Shown here: one piece after another, positions 49,409 to 58,902 of the stretch
Position numbering within the stretch: position 1 is the stretch's first letter
Layout: each line of letters begins with the position of its first letter
Origin: an uncultured Planctomycetia bacterium
GTDB lineage: Bacteria > Omnitrophota > Gorgyraeia > Duberdicusellales > 4484-171
Direction: 5' to 3'
Assembly (NCBI GenBank): GCA_964635565.1
Contig: CAZWON010000001.1
Coordinates: forward strand, 71,020 to 135,019
DNA length: 64,000 nucleotides
Made by a program: the position numbers and the translations under genes
Notes under the pieces: model-generated
Database searches by the model: none
The model's input: only the letters and a program-made list of their open reading frames with translations
Told to the model about the DNA's origin: nothing

Positions 49409-50425
49409 ATGATTATTGTGTTTAAGAAAGGAGCAACTGACAGAGAGGTTCAGCATGTTATTGATAAAGTTCACAAGTTGGGTCTTAAGACAATGGTTTC
49501 TAAAGGAGTAGAAAGAACAATAGTGGGAGTTATTGGGCCTGAGGAGGTAGTACGTCTTCAGCCATTTGAGGTTTTTAGCGGAGTAGAAAAAGTTATGCCT
49601 GTTCTTTCTCCCTATAAATTAGTTTCTCAGGAGTTTAAAAAGGAGCGTTCTTTAATAAAAATAAATAGTAAGGTTGTGTTTGGAGGAAAGAATATCGTAG
49701 TGATTGCTGGTCCTTGTTCTATAGAATCAGAGGAACAGTTATTTGATGCAGCAAAGAAGGTAAAGAATGCAGGAGCAAGTGTCTTGCGAGGAGGTGCTTT
49801 TAAGCCCCGTACTTCTCCTTATAGCTTTCAGGGTTTAGGAGAAGACGGTTTAAAGATGCTGAAGGAAGCTTCTTTGAAATTTGATATATCTACAGTAAGT
49901 GAGGTAATGGACCCCCGCGATGTTCCTCTTGTGGCAAAATATGTGGATATTTTTCAGATTGGAGCAAGGAATATGCAGAACTTTAATCTTTTAAAAGAAG
50001 TAGGGCAAACTCAAAAACCTGTGATTTTAAAAAGAGGTTTAAGTGCGACGATAAAAGAATTATTAATGAGCGCAGAATATATTCTTTCGGGAGGAAACTT
50101 TAATGTAATTCTTTGCGAGCGAGGCATTCGAACATTTGAAGATTATACACGGAATACACTTGATTTAAGTGCTGTTCCTATTATTAAGAATCTTTCACAT
50201 CTTCCTATTATTGTTGACCCTTCTCATGCTACAGGAAGATGGAATTTGGTATTACCTTTAAGTAAAGCTGCTGTGGCCTGTGGAGCTGATGGGTTGCTTA
50301 TTGAGGTTCACCCTAATCCTGAAGAAGCTCTAAGTGACGGTCCCCAACAGCTTATTCCTGAGAAATTTGTTAGCTTAATGAAAGAGCTTAAGAAGCTAGC
50401 GGAATATGTAAATCGTAGTTTATGA
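49409..50425 (+). CDS. aroF: DAHP synthase type I-beta with N-terminal regulatory domain
   Basis: IAGPCSIE, FKPRTSPYSFQG, GARNMQN, CERGIRT, DPSH, SDGPQ. Confidence 0.93.
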   Translation: MIIVFKKGATDREVQHVIDKVHKLGLKTMVSKGVERTIVGVIGPEEVVRLQPFEVFSGVEKVMPVLSPYKLVSQEFKKERSLIKINSKVVFGGKNIVVIAGPCSIESEEQLFDAAKKVKNAGASVLRGGAFKPRTSPYSFQGLGEDGLKMLKEASLKFDISTVSEVMDPRDVPLVAKYVDIFQIGARNMQNFNLLKEVGQTQKPVILKRGLSATIKELLMSAEYILSGGNFNVILCERGIRTFEDYTRNTLDLSAVPIIKNLSHLPIIVDPSHATGRWNLVLPLSKAAVACGADGLLIEVHPNPEEALSDGPQQLIPEKFVSLMKELKKLAEYVNRSL

Positions 50426-51252
50426 AGGTAAGATTAGAGAAAATAAGCATAATAGGTGTAGGGTTGATGGGAGGTTCTTTAGCATTAGCTATCAAAAAGG
50501 TTTACCCAAATGTTTCTGTATGGGGATATGCGCGTTCAGAAAAATCCTATAGGAAACTTAATAAGCTAAAATTGGTAGATGAAGTATCAGTAGATTTAAA
50601 TGATTTGCTTAAGGGAAGTAATATGATTATTTTAGCAACGCCTGTTTTAACAATCATTGATTATTTTAAAAGAATTGCTCCTTTCCTTGAAAAGGAAAGC
50701 ATAGTGATTGATTTAGGCAGTACAAAATTTACAATAGAAAAGATGGCAAAGAAATATCTACCTAAATATGTAAATTTTGTGGGGTGTCATCCTTTATGTG
50801 GCAGTAATAGATGTGGGCCCCAGAATGCTTATGGGGAGATTTATAAAGGTTCAGTGTGTATTATTACTTCTCTTAATAAAGCAACACCTTTTGTTAAGAG
50901 GTTCTGGGAAAAGTTGGGATGTAAGGTATATTTTATGAGTCCTTCTTTACACGACAAAGTGCTTTCTTATGTTTCTCATCTTCCCCATGTTGTTTCTTAT
51001 GCTCTTTCTTGTGCTGTTCCTAAGAAATATTTTGTTTTTTCTTCGGGAAGCTTTCGTGACGTTACGCGGATATCTGCCTCATCTCCTCAAATATGGCATG
51101 ATGTATTCCTCTCTAATAATAGAAATGTTATAAAACAGATAGACCGTTATATAAAAGTACTGGAGAGTTTTAGAAAAGCAATAAAGAACAGCGATACAAA
51201 AGGTATTCTTAAATTGATTAGAATGGCGAATAAAAAACATATTTGTATTTAA
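50422..51252 (+). CDS. tyrA: Prephenate/arogenate dehydrogenase
   Basis: GVGLMGGSLA, DLGSTK, HPLCG, HDKVLSYVSHLPH, SFRDVTR. Confidence 0.9.
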   Translation: MKVRLEKISIIGVGLMGGSLALAIKKVYPNVSVWGYARSEKSYRKLNKLKLVDEVSVDLNDLLKGSNMIILATPVLTIIDYFKRIAPFLEKESIVIDLGSTKFTIEKMAKKYLPKYVNFVGCHPLCGSNRCGPQNAYGEIYKGSVCIITSLNKATPFVKRFWEKLGCKVYFMSPSLHDKVLSYVSHLPHVVSYALSCAVPKKYFVFSSGSFRDVTRISASSPQIWHDVFLSNNRNVIKQIDRYIKVLESFRKAIKNSDTKGILKLIRMANKKHICI

Positions 51253-51254
51253 TA

Positions 51255-51896
51255 ATGGTTATTGCCATAGATGGTCCTGCAGGTTCAGGAAAAACAACCA
51301 TTGCTAAATTTTTAGCACAGAGATTAAACATATTATATTTAGATACTGGTGCTACCTATCGTGTTCTTACCTTAAAGGCCCTTCAAGAAAAAGTCGATTT
51401 AAGCAATGAGAAGAGTCTTGTGGAGTTAGTATTGGCAATGAAAATAAGATTTGAGGGAGATAGAGTTTTTCTTGAAGGGGAAGATGTGACAGATAAAATA
51501 AGAAGCCCTGAAGTTGACAAAACCATATCTTTACCTGTTTCTTTTAAAAAGGTGAGAGAAGAAATGGTATCTCTTCAAAGGAGGCTCGTAGATAATAAAG
51601 ATGTTGTAGTAGAAGGTAGAGACACTACTACTGTAGTTTTTCCTAATGCGGAATATAAATTTTATCTCGATGCAGATATTGATGAGAGAACAAAAAGGCG
51701 CCAAGAGTATTTGAAGGAAAAGGGATATTTTCTTAGCTATGAAGATGTAAAGAGACAGATATTAAAACGTGATAGTGCTGATTTAAAAAGAGAATTCGGT
51801 GCGCTTAAGAAAGCAGACGATGCTGTTTATGTGGATACTACTTCTTTAAACATAGAAGAAGTATTGGATACTTTACTTTCCTATATAAGAAAATGA
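51255..51896 (+). CDS. cmk: Cytidylate kinase
   Basis: IAIDGPAGSGKTT, DTGATYR, EGRD, RDSAD; likely start ATG 51255 (track 51243). Confidence 0.95.
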   Translation: MVIAIDGPAGSGKTTIAKFLAQRLNILYLDTGATYRVLTLKALQEKVDLSNEKSLVELVLAMKIRFEGDRVFLEGEDVTDKIRSPEVDKTISLPVSFKKVREEMVSLQRRLVDNKDVVVEGRDTTTVVFPNAEYKFYLDADIDERTKRRQEYLKEKGYFLSYEDVKRQILKRDSADLKREFGALKKADDAVYVDTTSLNIEEVLDTLLSYIRK

Positions 51897-53686
51897 TAGA
51901 TAAGAATTTAATAAGAAATTTTTGCATAATTGCTCATATTGATCACGGGAAATCAACTTTAGCCGATAGATTCCTGGAAGAATGTGGCGCTGTAGATGAA
52001 CGTACCATGCGCAGTCAGATTCTTGATAGAATGGAGTTAGAGAGAGAACGAGGCATAACTATTAAAGCCAAAGCAGTAAGTATAAATTACACATTAAAAG
52101 AAAAGACCTATATTCTTAATTTGATAGATACACCAGGACATGTAGACTTTACTTATGAAGTTGCTAAATCACTTAAGGCTTCAGATGGAGCAATTCTTTT
52201 GGTTGATGCTTCTCAAGGTGTAGAGGCACAAACCGTAGCTAATTTTTATCTTGCCTTAGAGAATAATTTAAAGATATTACCTGTAGTTAATAAGATTGAT
52301 TTACCCAATGCGGATATAGAAAGGACAGTTAACCAGCTTATTGATATCTTTGGTTTTAAAAGAGAGGAGGTTTCCCTTATCTCTGCTAAAGAAGGTAAAG
52401 GTGTTAAGAAGGTGATAGAAAGAATTATAAAAGAGATACCCCCTCCCAGTGGTGATATTGAGAGACCTTTTAAGGCGATACTTTTTGATACAAGTTTTGA
52501 CCCTTATCGGGGAATAATTCTTTTTGTGAGAATTTTTGATGGCAAAATTTCTTCAGGAGATGAAGTATTATTTATGAATACTAAAAAGAAATACAAAATA
52601 GAGGAGTTAGGTATTTTTGTTCTTTCTTCTCAAAAGAAAAAAGAGCTTGTATGTGGAGAGGTGGGTTATATTTTTTGTAATATAAAAAATCCTCAAGAGA
52701 TAGATATCGGCGATACATTAACTTCTTTTCTTAACCCTGCATCTTCACCTTTTAGTGGATATAAAAGTATACCTCCTATGGTTTTTTGCGGTATTTTCCC
52801 TATCTCTCCCCGAGAGTATGACTTGTTAAGAGAAGCTATAGAAAAGATGAAACTATCCGACCCTTCCTTTATATATGAACTAGATAGTTTAGGTTCACTG
52901 GGGTATGGATTTAGATGTGGATTTTTAGGACTTCTTCATATGGAGGTTGTTCAGGAAAGATTAGAGAGAGAATATAATTTAGATTTGATTCTTACTTCAC
53001 CTACTGTGCTTTATAAAGTTATGAAGAAAAATAGAGTAGTTATTGATGTTGGTAGTCCCCATCAGTTTCCCGATTCTACACAGATTGAAGAGGTTATGGA
53101 GCCTTTCGTTAAAGCTACTATTATTTCTCCTTTAGAATATATGGAACCTATCTGTGAAATTTCTAAAGCACGAAGGGGGAAATTTGTAAAAATGGATTAT
53201 CTGGGAAAGGATAGATTATGTATAGTTTTTGAGTTACCTTTAGCAGAAGTGATTGTTGATTTTTATGATAAACTCAAGTCAATAAGTCGTGGCTATGCCT
53301 CACTGGACTATGAATTTATAGGATATAAAAAAGCGGAGATAATAAAGATAGATATTTTATTCAATAAGAAAAAAATAGAGGCCTTTTCTTTTTTAGTAAA
53401 CAAAGAAAAAAGTAATTATAAGGCTAAAGCTATTGTAGAAAAATTAAAGGAAGTTATTCCCCGTCAGATGTTTGAAGTAAACATCCAAGCTGCCTACGGT
53501 TCAAAGATTATCGCTTCTAGTCGCATTCCTCCCTTAAGAAAAAATGTTACTGCGAAATGCTATGGGGGTGATATAACTCGAAAGCGAAAATTGTGGGAAA
53601 GACAGAAAAAGGGCAAGAAAAAGATGAAGCAATTGGGGAATATTCAAATACCCCATCAGGCATTTTTAGAAGTTTTTAAGATGTAA
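51893..53686 (+). CDS. lepA: Translation elongation factor 4
   Basis: AHIDHGKSTLADR, DTPGHVDF, GFLGLLHME, KCYGGDITRKRKL. Confidence 0.97.
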   Translation: MIDKNLIRNFCIIAHIDHGKSTLADRFLEECGAVDERTMRSQILDRMELERERGITIKAKAVSINYTLKEKTYILNLIDTPGHVDFTYEVAKSLKASDGAILLVDASQGVEAQTVANFYLALENNLKILPVVNKIDLPNADIERTVNQLIDIFGFKREEVSLISAKEGKGVKKVIERIIKEIPPPSGDIERPFKAILFDTSFDPYRGIILFVRIFDGKISSGDEVLFMNTKKKYKIEELGIFVLSSQKKKELVCGEVGYIFCNIKNPQEIDIGDTLTSFLNPASSPFSGYKSIPPMVFCGIFPISPREYDLLREAIEKMKLSDPSFIYELDSLGSLGYGFRCGFLGLLHMEVVQERLEREYNLDLILTSPTVLYKVMKKNRVVIDVGSPHQFPDSTQIEEVMEPFVKATIISPLEYMEPICEISKARRGKFVKMDYLGKDRLCIVFELPLAEVIVDFYDKLKSISRGYASLDYEFIGYKKAEIIKIDILFNKKKIEAFSFLVNKEKSNYKAKAIVEKLKEVIPRQMFEVNIQAAYGSKIIASSRIPPLRKNVTAKCYGGDITRKRKLWERQKKGKKKMKQLGNIQIPHQAFLEVFKM

Positions 53687-53691
53687 TTAAT

Positions 53692-54291
53692 ATGGTTGGG
53701 AAAGATAAGATGAGGGAAAAGAGCGCTATAAGAGAGTGGATAGAAGCAATAGTTGTTGCTGCTTCTTTGGCAATATTTGTAAGAACTTTTTTTTTCCAGA
53801 TTTATAAAATACCCACAGGTTCGATGATTCCCACTTTGATGCCAGGAGATAAGATTTTTGTAAGTAAACTTGTCTATGGAGCGAAAGTTCCTTTCACAGA
53901 TTGGCGCCTTCCCGGGTTAAGAAAGCCTAAGCGAGCAGATGTAGTTGTGTTTGTTCCTCCTCAAGAAAAGAATAAGTTTTTCTTGAAGAGGAAAGTTTTT
54001 ATTAAAAGATTAATTGGTTTAGGAGGAGAACATATTAAGATAGAAGATGGTAATATCAAAGTAAATGGTAAGATTGTTATTGACCCCTTAATTGCCAAGA
54101 ATTATTATACTAATGGGGGTGAGTATGGAGAAAAAGAAATTGCCGTTCCTAAGGGAAAATACTTCTTTTTGGGTGATAATTCCAATAATTCCTTGGATAG
54201 TAGGTTTTGGGGGTTTGTAGATGAAAAAGATATTGTGGGGAAGGCAATTTTTATCTGGTGGCCACCGAGAAGAATAGGTATAATAGAATAG
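53692..54291 (+). CDS. lepB: Signal peptidase I
   Basis: IPTGSMIPTL (Ser), FIKRLIG (Lys), GDNSNNSLDSRFWG. Confidence 0.95.
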   Translation: MVGKDKMREKSAIREWIEAIVVAASLAIFVRTFFFQIYKIPTGSMIPTLMPGDKIFVSKLVYGAKVPFTDWRLPGLRKPKRADVVVFVPPQEKNKFFLKRKVFIKRLIGLGGEHIKIEDGNIKVNGKIVIDPLIAKNYYTNGGEYGEKEIAVPKGKYFFLGDNSNNSLDSRFWGFVDEKDIVGKAIFIWWPPRRIGIIE

Positions 54292-54307
54292 TAAATAGTA
54301 AATAGAA
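54282..54307 (+). repeat. 7-nt tandem repeat (AAATAGT-like) overlapping the lepB stop
   Basis: AATAG AATAGTA AATAGTA AATAGAA. Confidence 0.6.
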
Positions 54308-54310
54308 ATT

Positions 54311-54862
54311 ATGAGTTTTGCTGATAAAGTTTCTATTTTAAGAATACTACTGATACCTTTTTTTGTTTCTTCCCTTATTACTTATAGACGTTTTGGTGAT
54401 ACTTATTTTAAAGATGTTGCTTTGGGAATATTTATTATAGCTATTATTACAGATTTTTTAGATGGCCTGGTGGCAAGAATAAAAAAAGAAAAATCAAGCA
54501 TCGGCAAAGTAATTGACCCTTTAGCAGATAAGTTACTTTTACTTACCGCATTTATTTCCCTTTATTTTTTAAAATTTTCTATACCCTGGTGGGTAGTATT
54601 TGTGGTAGTTAGTAGGGATTTTATCATTCTTACAGGAGTTATGATTTTTAACTTTCTTAAGTTGGATGTTCCTATTTTTCCTTCAATATGGGGTAAATTA
54701 ACTACTTTTTTTCAAATGTTTACTATTTTAAGTGTGTTAGTTGATTTTAGTTTCTCGTCTTTTATTTGGAGCATAGCGGTATTTTTTACAATTGTTTCAG
54801 GTATAGATTATATTACTAGAGGGGTACGTTGCATAAATGTTATTAATTATCCCCATCATTAG
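54311..54862 (+). CDS. pgsA: CDP-diacylglycerol--glycerol-3-phosphate 3-phosphatidyltransferase
   Basis: TDFLDGLVAR..GKVIDPLADK CDP-alcohol phosphotransferase motif, GKLTT. Confidence 0.85.
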   Translation: MSFADKVSILRILLIPFFVSSLITYRRFGDTYFKDVALGIFIIAIITDFLDGLVARIKKEKSSIGKVIDPLADKLLLLTAFISLYFLKFSIPWWVVFVVVSRDFIILTGVMIFNFLKLDVPIFPSIWGKLTTFFQMFTILSVLVDFSFSSFIWSIAVFFTIVSGIDYITRGVRCINVINYPHH

Positions 54863-55433
54863 TTATCTTTTAGGAAGCATTCCTTTTGGGTTTATTCTTG
54901 CTTACGGGGTAAAAAGGATTGATATCCGTAAATGTGGTTCTGGCAATATTGGGGCGACTAATGTAGCCAGAGTAGTAGGTAAAAAATGGGGATTGTTAGT
55001 TTTTGCTTTTGACTTTTTAAAGGGTTTATTGCCCATTGTTTTGCTTTATTTTATATTCTCTTCTTCATCTTTATTTATTTATATTTTAACTGCTTTTGGT
55101 GCCATAGCTGGCCATAACTGGAGCATTTTTCTTAAGTTTAAAGGAGGAAAAGGCGTAGCCACAAGTATAGGAGCGGTAACGGGTTTATGCTTTAAGTATC
55201 GTCTTTTATTTTTTCCTCTTTTAGGAGGATTGGGTGCGTGGGTGATTATTTTTATGATTTTTCGTATTGTTTCTTTAGCCTCATTATCGGCTAGTTTTGT
55301 TTTTTTTATCCTTTCTTTATTCTTCTTAGAGAATAATTTTAAATTAGTTGCTTTCCTAATATTTTTATTTATTCTTATCAGACATAGAGAAAACATTAGT
55401 AACCTATTACATAAAAAAGAGTTACCTATTTGA
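54837..55433 (+). CDS. plsY: Glycerol-3-phosphate acyltransferase PlsY
   Basis: YLLGSIPFG, GSGNIGATN, FKGGKGVAT, RHRENI. Confidence 0.95.
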   Translation: MLLIIPIISYLLGSIPFGFILAYGVKRIDIRKCGSGNIGATNVARVVGKKWGLLVFAFDFLKGLLPIVLLYFIFSSSSLFIYILTAFGAIAGHNWSIFLKFKGGKGVATSIGAVTGLCFKYRLLFFPLLGGLGAWVIIFMIFRIVSLASLSASFVFFILSLFFLENNFKLVAFLIFLFILIRHRENISNLLHKKELPI

Positions 55434-55514
55434 TTGATATCGTTTAATCGTATTGTTAATAGGCTTATTATTTTTTACAATTTATGTTATTTTAAGGCCT
55501 TGCAGATTTTTTTC

Positions 55515-55542
55515 TTGACAAAAAAAATTTTTATAGTATGAT
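55515..55542 (+). promoter_or_regulatory. sigma70 promoter for the tRNA-Thr/rpmG/secE-rpo region
   Basis: TTGACA (55515-55520), 16 nt, TATGAT (55537-55542), 10 nt before tRNA-Thr. Confidence 0.6.
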
Positions 55543-55552
55543 TTTTTTTCAT

Positions 55553-55625
55553 GCCCACGTAGCTCAGACGGTAGAGCACCTCCTTGGTAAGGAGGTGGTC
55601 ACCGGTTCAATTCCGGTCGTGGGCT
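55553..55625 (+). tRNA. tRNA-Thr (GGT)
   Basis: GCCCACG/CGTGGGC acceptor, CCTCC-TTGGTAA-GGAGG, GGTTCAATTCC; no CCA. Confidence 0.95.
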
Positions 55626-55734
55626 AATTAAAGAATAAAAAAGATAAAAGAAAAACCACCAGAAGTGGAAAGGGATTTTTTTAGCCTTTTAAAGGAAAAT
55701 TATTTTTCTTCTCTTTAAAGCTTATTATGAGATT

Positions 55735-55887
55735 ATGAGAGAATTGATTGCTTTACAATGTACTGTTTGTAAAGGAAAAAATTATTATACTACCAAGAAT
55801 AAAAGAAAACATTCAGGTAAGTTTACTATAAATAAGTTTTGTAAATTTTGCCGTAAATATTCTTCGCATAAAGAGGCAAAGCCATAA
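55735..55887 (+). CDS. rpmG: 50S ribosomal protein L33 (Zn-binding C+ form), absent from the ORF track
   Basis: Manual translation MRELIALQCTVCKGKNYYTTKNKRKHSGKFTINKFCKFCRKYSSHKEAKP*; canonical position before tRNA-Trp-secE. Confidence 0.94.
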   Translation: MRELIALQCTVCKGKNYYTTKNKRKHSGKFTINKFCKFCRKYSSHKEAKP

Positions 55888-55897
55888 AGGGTTTAGA

Positions 55898-55972
55898 AGG
55901 TGAGTAGCTCAATTTGGCTAGAGCACCGGTCTCCAAAACCGGGGGTTGCAGGTTCAAGTCCTGCCTCACCTG
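55898..55972 (+). tRNA. tRNA-Trp (CCA)
   Basis: AGGTGAG/CTCACCT acceptor, CCGGT-CTCCAAA-ACCGG, GGTTCAAGTCC; no 3' CCA. Confidence 0.95.
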
Positions 55973-56027
55973 TAAGAATTCTACAAATCTTATTGAAAGT
56001 AAAAAAACAATTTAAAATTATAAATTA

Positions 56028-56240
56028 ATGGGAGTAATAAAAAAAATAATAGGTTTCCCTCATTTTATAAAAAATTTCTTAAAGGAAGTGCATTTAGAAC
56101 TCAAAAAAGTTACCTGGTCAACAAAAGAAGAGCTTGTAGCTGCTACAGCGATTGTTCTTGTGGCGTCTATTTTTTTAACTATTTATGTTGCCTTGGTAGA
56201 TTTTTGTTTTTCAAAAATAATGCAGTTTATTATTCAATGA
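56028..56240 (+). CDS. secE: Preprotein translocase subunit SecE
   Basis: FLKEVHLELKKVTWST motif plus one TM helix; position before nusG. Confidence 0.93.
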   Translation: MGVIKKIIGFPHFIKNFLKEVHLELKKVTWSTKEELVAATAIVLVASIFLTIYVALVDFCFSKIMQFIIQ

Positions 56241-56764
56241 AAAAGTGGTATATACTACATACTTTAAGTGGGGCAGAAGAGAAAGCAAAAGCTAATTTAG
56301 AGGCAAGAATACAGGCATTTAATATGCAGGATTTTATTGGTAAAATAGTAATCCCTAAAGAACAGGTTACTGAAGTGCGTTTGGGTAAAAAGAGGATTTT
56401 AGAGAGGAAGTTTTTTCCGGGTTATATTCTTGTGTATATGGAGTTGAATGATACAACATGGCTTTTTGTTAAGAAAACTCCTGGTATAGCTACATTTATT
56501 GGACCAGCAAGGAAACCCACGCCTCTTTCTGAGGAAGAGGTAGAAAAAATTCTTATGAAATCAGAAGAGACAAAAGTTAATCCTCCTCCCAAAGTTAGTT
56601 TTGAGAAAGGTGAGAATGTAAGGGTTATAGAAGGTCCTTTTGTGAATTTTAATGGAGTGGTAGAAGAAGTGAATTTGCAAAAAGGGAAGCTAAAAGTTAG
56701 TGTGACTATTTTTGGTAGAACTACGCCTGTAGAATTAGAATTATGGCAAGTAGAGAAAATATAG
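56237..56764 (+). CDS. nusG: Transcription termination/antitermination factor NusG
   Basis: KWYILHT, FFPGYI, KOW VRVIEGPF, IFGRTTPVEL; true start likely ATG 56237 overlapping the secE stop (track 56204). Confidence 0.96.
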   Translation: MKKWYILHTLSGAEEKAKANLEARIQAFNMQDFIGKIVIPKEQVTEVRLGKKRILERKFFPGYILVYMELNDTTWLFVKKTPGIATFIGPARKPTPLSEEEVEKILMKSEETKVNPPPKVSFEKGENVRVIEGPFVNFNGVVEEVNLQKGKLKVSVTIFGRTTPVELELWQVEKI

Positions 56765-56773
56765 TAGAGTAAT

Positions 56774-57214
56774 ATGGCAAAGAAGAAAAAAAAGAAAAGG
56801 CCCGTTGTCTTTATTAAACTTCAAATTCCTGCAGGTAGTGCTAATCCCGCACCACCTGTAGGTCCTGCTTTAGGACAGCATGGAGTTAATATCATGCAGT
56901 TCTGTAAGGCTTTTAATGATGCTACAAAAAATAAGGAAGGGATAATTCTTCCTGTCGTTATTAATGTTTATGAAGATAGAAGCTTTGATTTTATTATAAA
57001 GACTCCTCCTGCTTCTGTTCTTATTAAAAGGGCGGCTAATCTTGCAAAGGCCTCAGGGTTAGCAGGAAAAGAGATTATTGGAGAAATTACTAAAGAGCAA
57101 GTTACTCAGATCGCTAAAGAAAAAATGACTGATTTAAATACCATTGATTTAACTTCAGCTGTAAAGATAATAGAGGGGACAGCAAAAAGTATGGGGATAA
57201 AGGTGAAGGAATGA
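56774..57214 (+). CDS. rplK: 50S ribosomal protein L11
   Basis: [33 protein letters not shown]. Confidence 0.97.
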   Translation: MAKKKKKKRPVVFIKLQIPAGSANPAPPVGPALGQHGVNIMQFCKAFNDATKNKEGIILPVVINVYEDRSFDFIIKTPPASVLIKRAANLAKASGLAGKEIIGEITKEQVTQIAKEKMTDLNTIDLTSAVKIIEGTAKSMGIKVKE

Positions 57215-57897
57215 GAAGAAGCAAAAGATATAAATCTGCAAGTACCCTCATAGAGAAAGAAAAGATATATTCGCTTAAGGAAGCCATAGATATTTTAAAA
57301 AGTATACCCCATGTAAAATTTGATGAGACAGTGGAGATAAGTTGTAAGTTAAATGCTGATCCCAAAAAATCTGACCAGATGATAAGAAGCTTTGTAGTTT
57401 TACCTTATGGTACAGGTAAAGAAGTTAAAGTGTTGGTCTTCTGTGAGCCAGAAAAGGAAAAGTTGGCAAAAGAAGCAGGAGCAGATTTTGTAGGAGGACA
57501 GGATTTAATAGATAAGATTGTGAAGGAAAGCTGGTTAGAATTTGATTCTTGTATATCTACCCCTCAAATGATGCGTTTAGTAAGTCGTTTAGGGAAGATA
57601 TTAGGACCACGCGGTTTGATGCCTTCTCCTAAAACAGGAACTGTGACGGAGGATATAGAGAGTGCAATAAAGGAAGCAAAGGCAGGGAAGGTTGAGTTTC
57701 GCATGGATAAGTTTGGGTGTTTAGCTATAGGAGTGGGAAAAATATCTTTTCCTCAGGAATTTTTAATAAACAATATCGAAACATTCCTAGAGGCGCTTAA
57801 TAATGCTAAGCCACAAGCAGTAAAAGGAGAACTTGTAAAAAGTATGTATATTTCTACAACCATGAGTCCTTCTTTAAAGCTGAAGGTATCTTTATGA
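57211..57897 (+). CDS. rplA: 50S ribosomal protein L1
   Basis: [35 protein letters not shown]. Confidence 0.97.
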   Translation: MRRSKRYKSASTLIEKEKIYSLKEAIDILKSIPHVKFDETVEISCKLNADPKKSDQMIRSFVVLPYGTGKEVKVLVFCEPEKEKLAKEAGADFVGGQDLIDKIVKESWLEFDSCISTPQMMRLVSRLGKILGPRGLMPSPKTGTVTEDIESAIKEAKAGKVEFRMDKFGCLAIGVGKISFPQEFLINNIETFLEALNNAKPQAVKGELVKSMYISTTMSPSLKLKVSL

Positions 57898-58430
57898 AAA
57901 AAGTAGGTTTGCTTTACAGGGAAAAAATAGTGGAAAAAATAATCGAGGACTGGAAGAATTCTGAAGGTTGTATATTTGCAAGTTTCAGTAAAGTATCTGC
58001 TTTTAATTTCAATGCCTTACGTAATTCCTTAAAGAAGGAAGGTTCTTATGCTTTTATTTCCAAGAATTCTTTAATTAAAAGAGCTGTTGAGAAATTAGAA
58101 ATTAAAGAAGCTGAGCAATTTATTGAGGGGTCTACTGCTTTATTTTTTGTGAATCAGCAGAATCTGGTGAAAGTAGCGAGGGTACTTTTTGATTTCTCTC
58201 AAGAAAACGAAAGTTTTATTTTAAAAGGAGCATTTTTAAATAGTAATAGATTAGGAGAAAAAGAATTAGAGGCAATATCTAAATTACCGTCTCGAGAAGT
58301 TCTTATAGGTGAGGCAGTAATGGGAATAGCTTCACCTCTTGTAGGATTTGTAGGAATGTTGAACAATATTATTTTAGAATTTGCATGGATAATAGAAGGG
58401 ATAAAAAAGAAAAAGGCCCCTAAGGTATAA
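57894..58430 (+). CDS. rplJ: 50S ribosomal protein L10
   Basis: LRNSL..KNSLIKRA, EGSTA, LPSREVL; position between rplA and rplL. Confidence 0.9.
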   Translation: MKKVGLLYREKIVEKIIEDWKNSEGCIFASFSKVSAFNFNALRNSLKKEGSYAFISKNSLIKRAVEKLEIKEAEQFIEGSTALFFVNQQNLVKVARVLFDFSQENESFILKGAFLNSNRLGEKELEAISKLPSREVLIGEAVMGIASPLVGFVGMLNNIILEFAWIIEGIKKKKAPKV

Positions 58431-58481
58431 ATAATGGAAGTAAAATTAGAGCATAAAGATATAATGGTAAGGAGGTAAGTT

Positions 58482-58856
58482 ATGTCTAAGGTAGAGGATA
58501 TTTTGAAAATGTTAGAGGGGATGACTGTTTTAGAGCTTTCCGAGTTAATAAAAGCTTGTGAAGAGAAATTTGGCATAAAAGCCTCTGCTCCTGTAGTAAC
58601 TGCTCAAGCAGCGCCAGCAGCGGTTCAAGAAGAGGAGGAGGAAAAAACATCTTTTAATATTATTCTCTCTGCAGTAGGAGGCAATAAGATTGCTGTAATA
58701 AAAGAAATAAGGACAATTACTGATTTAGGTTTAAAAGAAGCGAAGGCATTGGTAGACTCTGCTCCTAAGACGGTTAAAGAGAATGTATCAAAAGAAGAAG
58801 CAGAAGAGATAAAGAAAAAATTGGAAGGAGCAGGAGCCACGGTGGAACTTAAGTAA
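58482..58856 (+). CDS. rplL: 50S ribosomal protein L7/L12
   Basis: [37 protein letters not shown]. Confidence 0.97.
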   Translation: MSKVEDILKMLEGMTVLELSELIKACEEKFGIKASAPVVTAQAAPAAVQEEEEEKTSFNIILSAVGGNKIAVIKEIRTITDLGLKEAKALVDSAPKTVKENVSKEEAEEIKKKLEGAGATVELK

Positions 58857-58902
58857 TAATAAGAGAAAAAATTTCTATAGTAATAAAATAAAGGGAGTAA
58901 AA

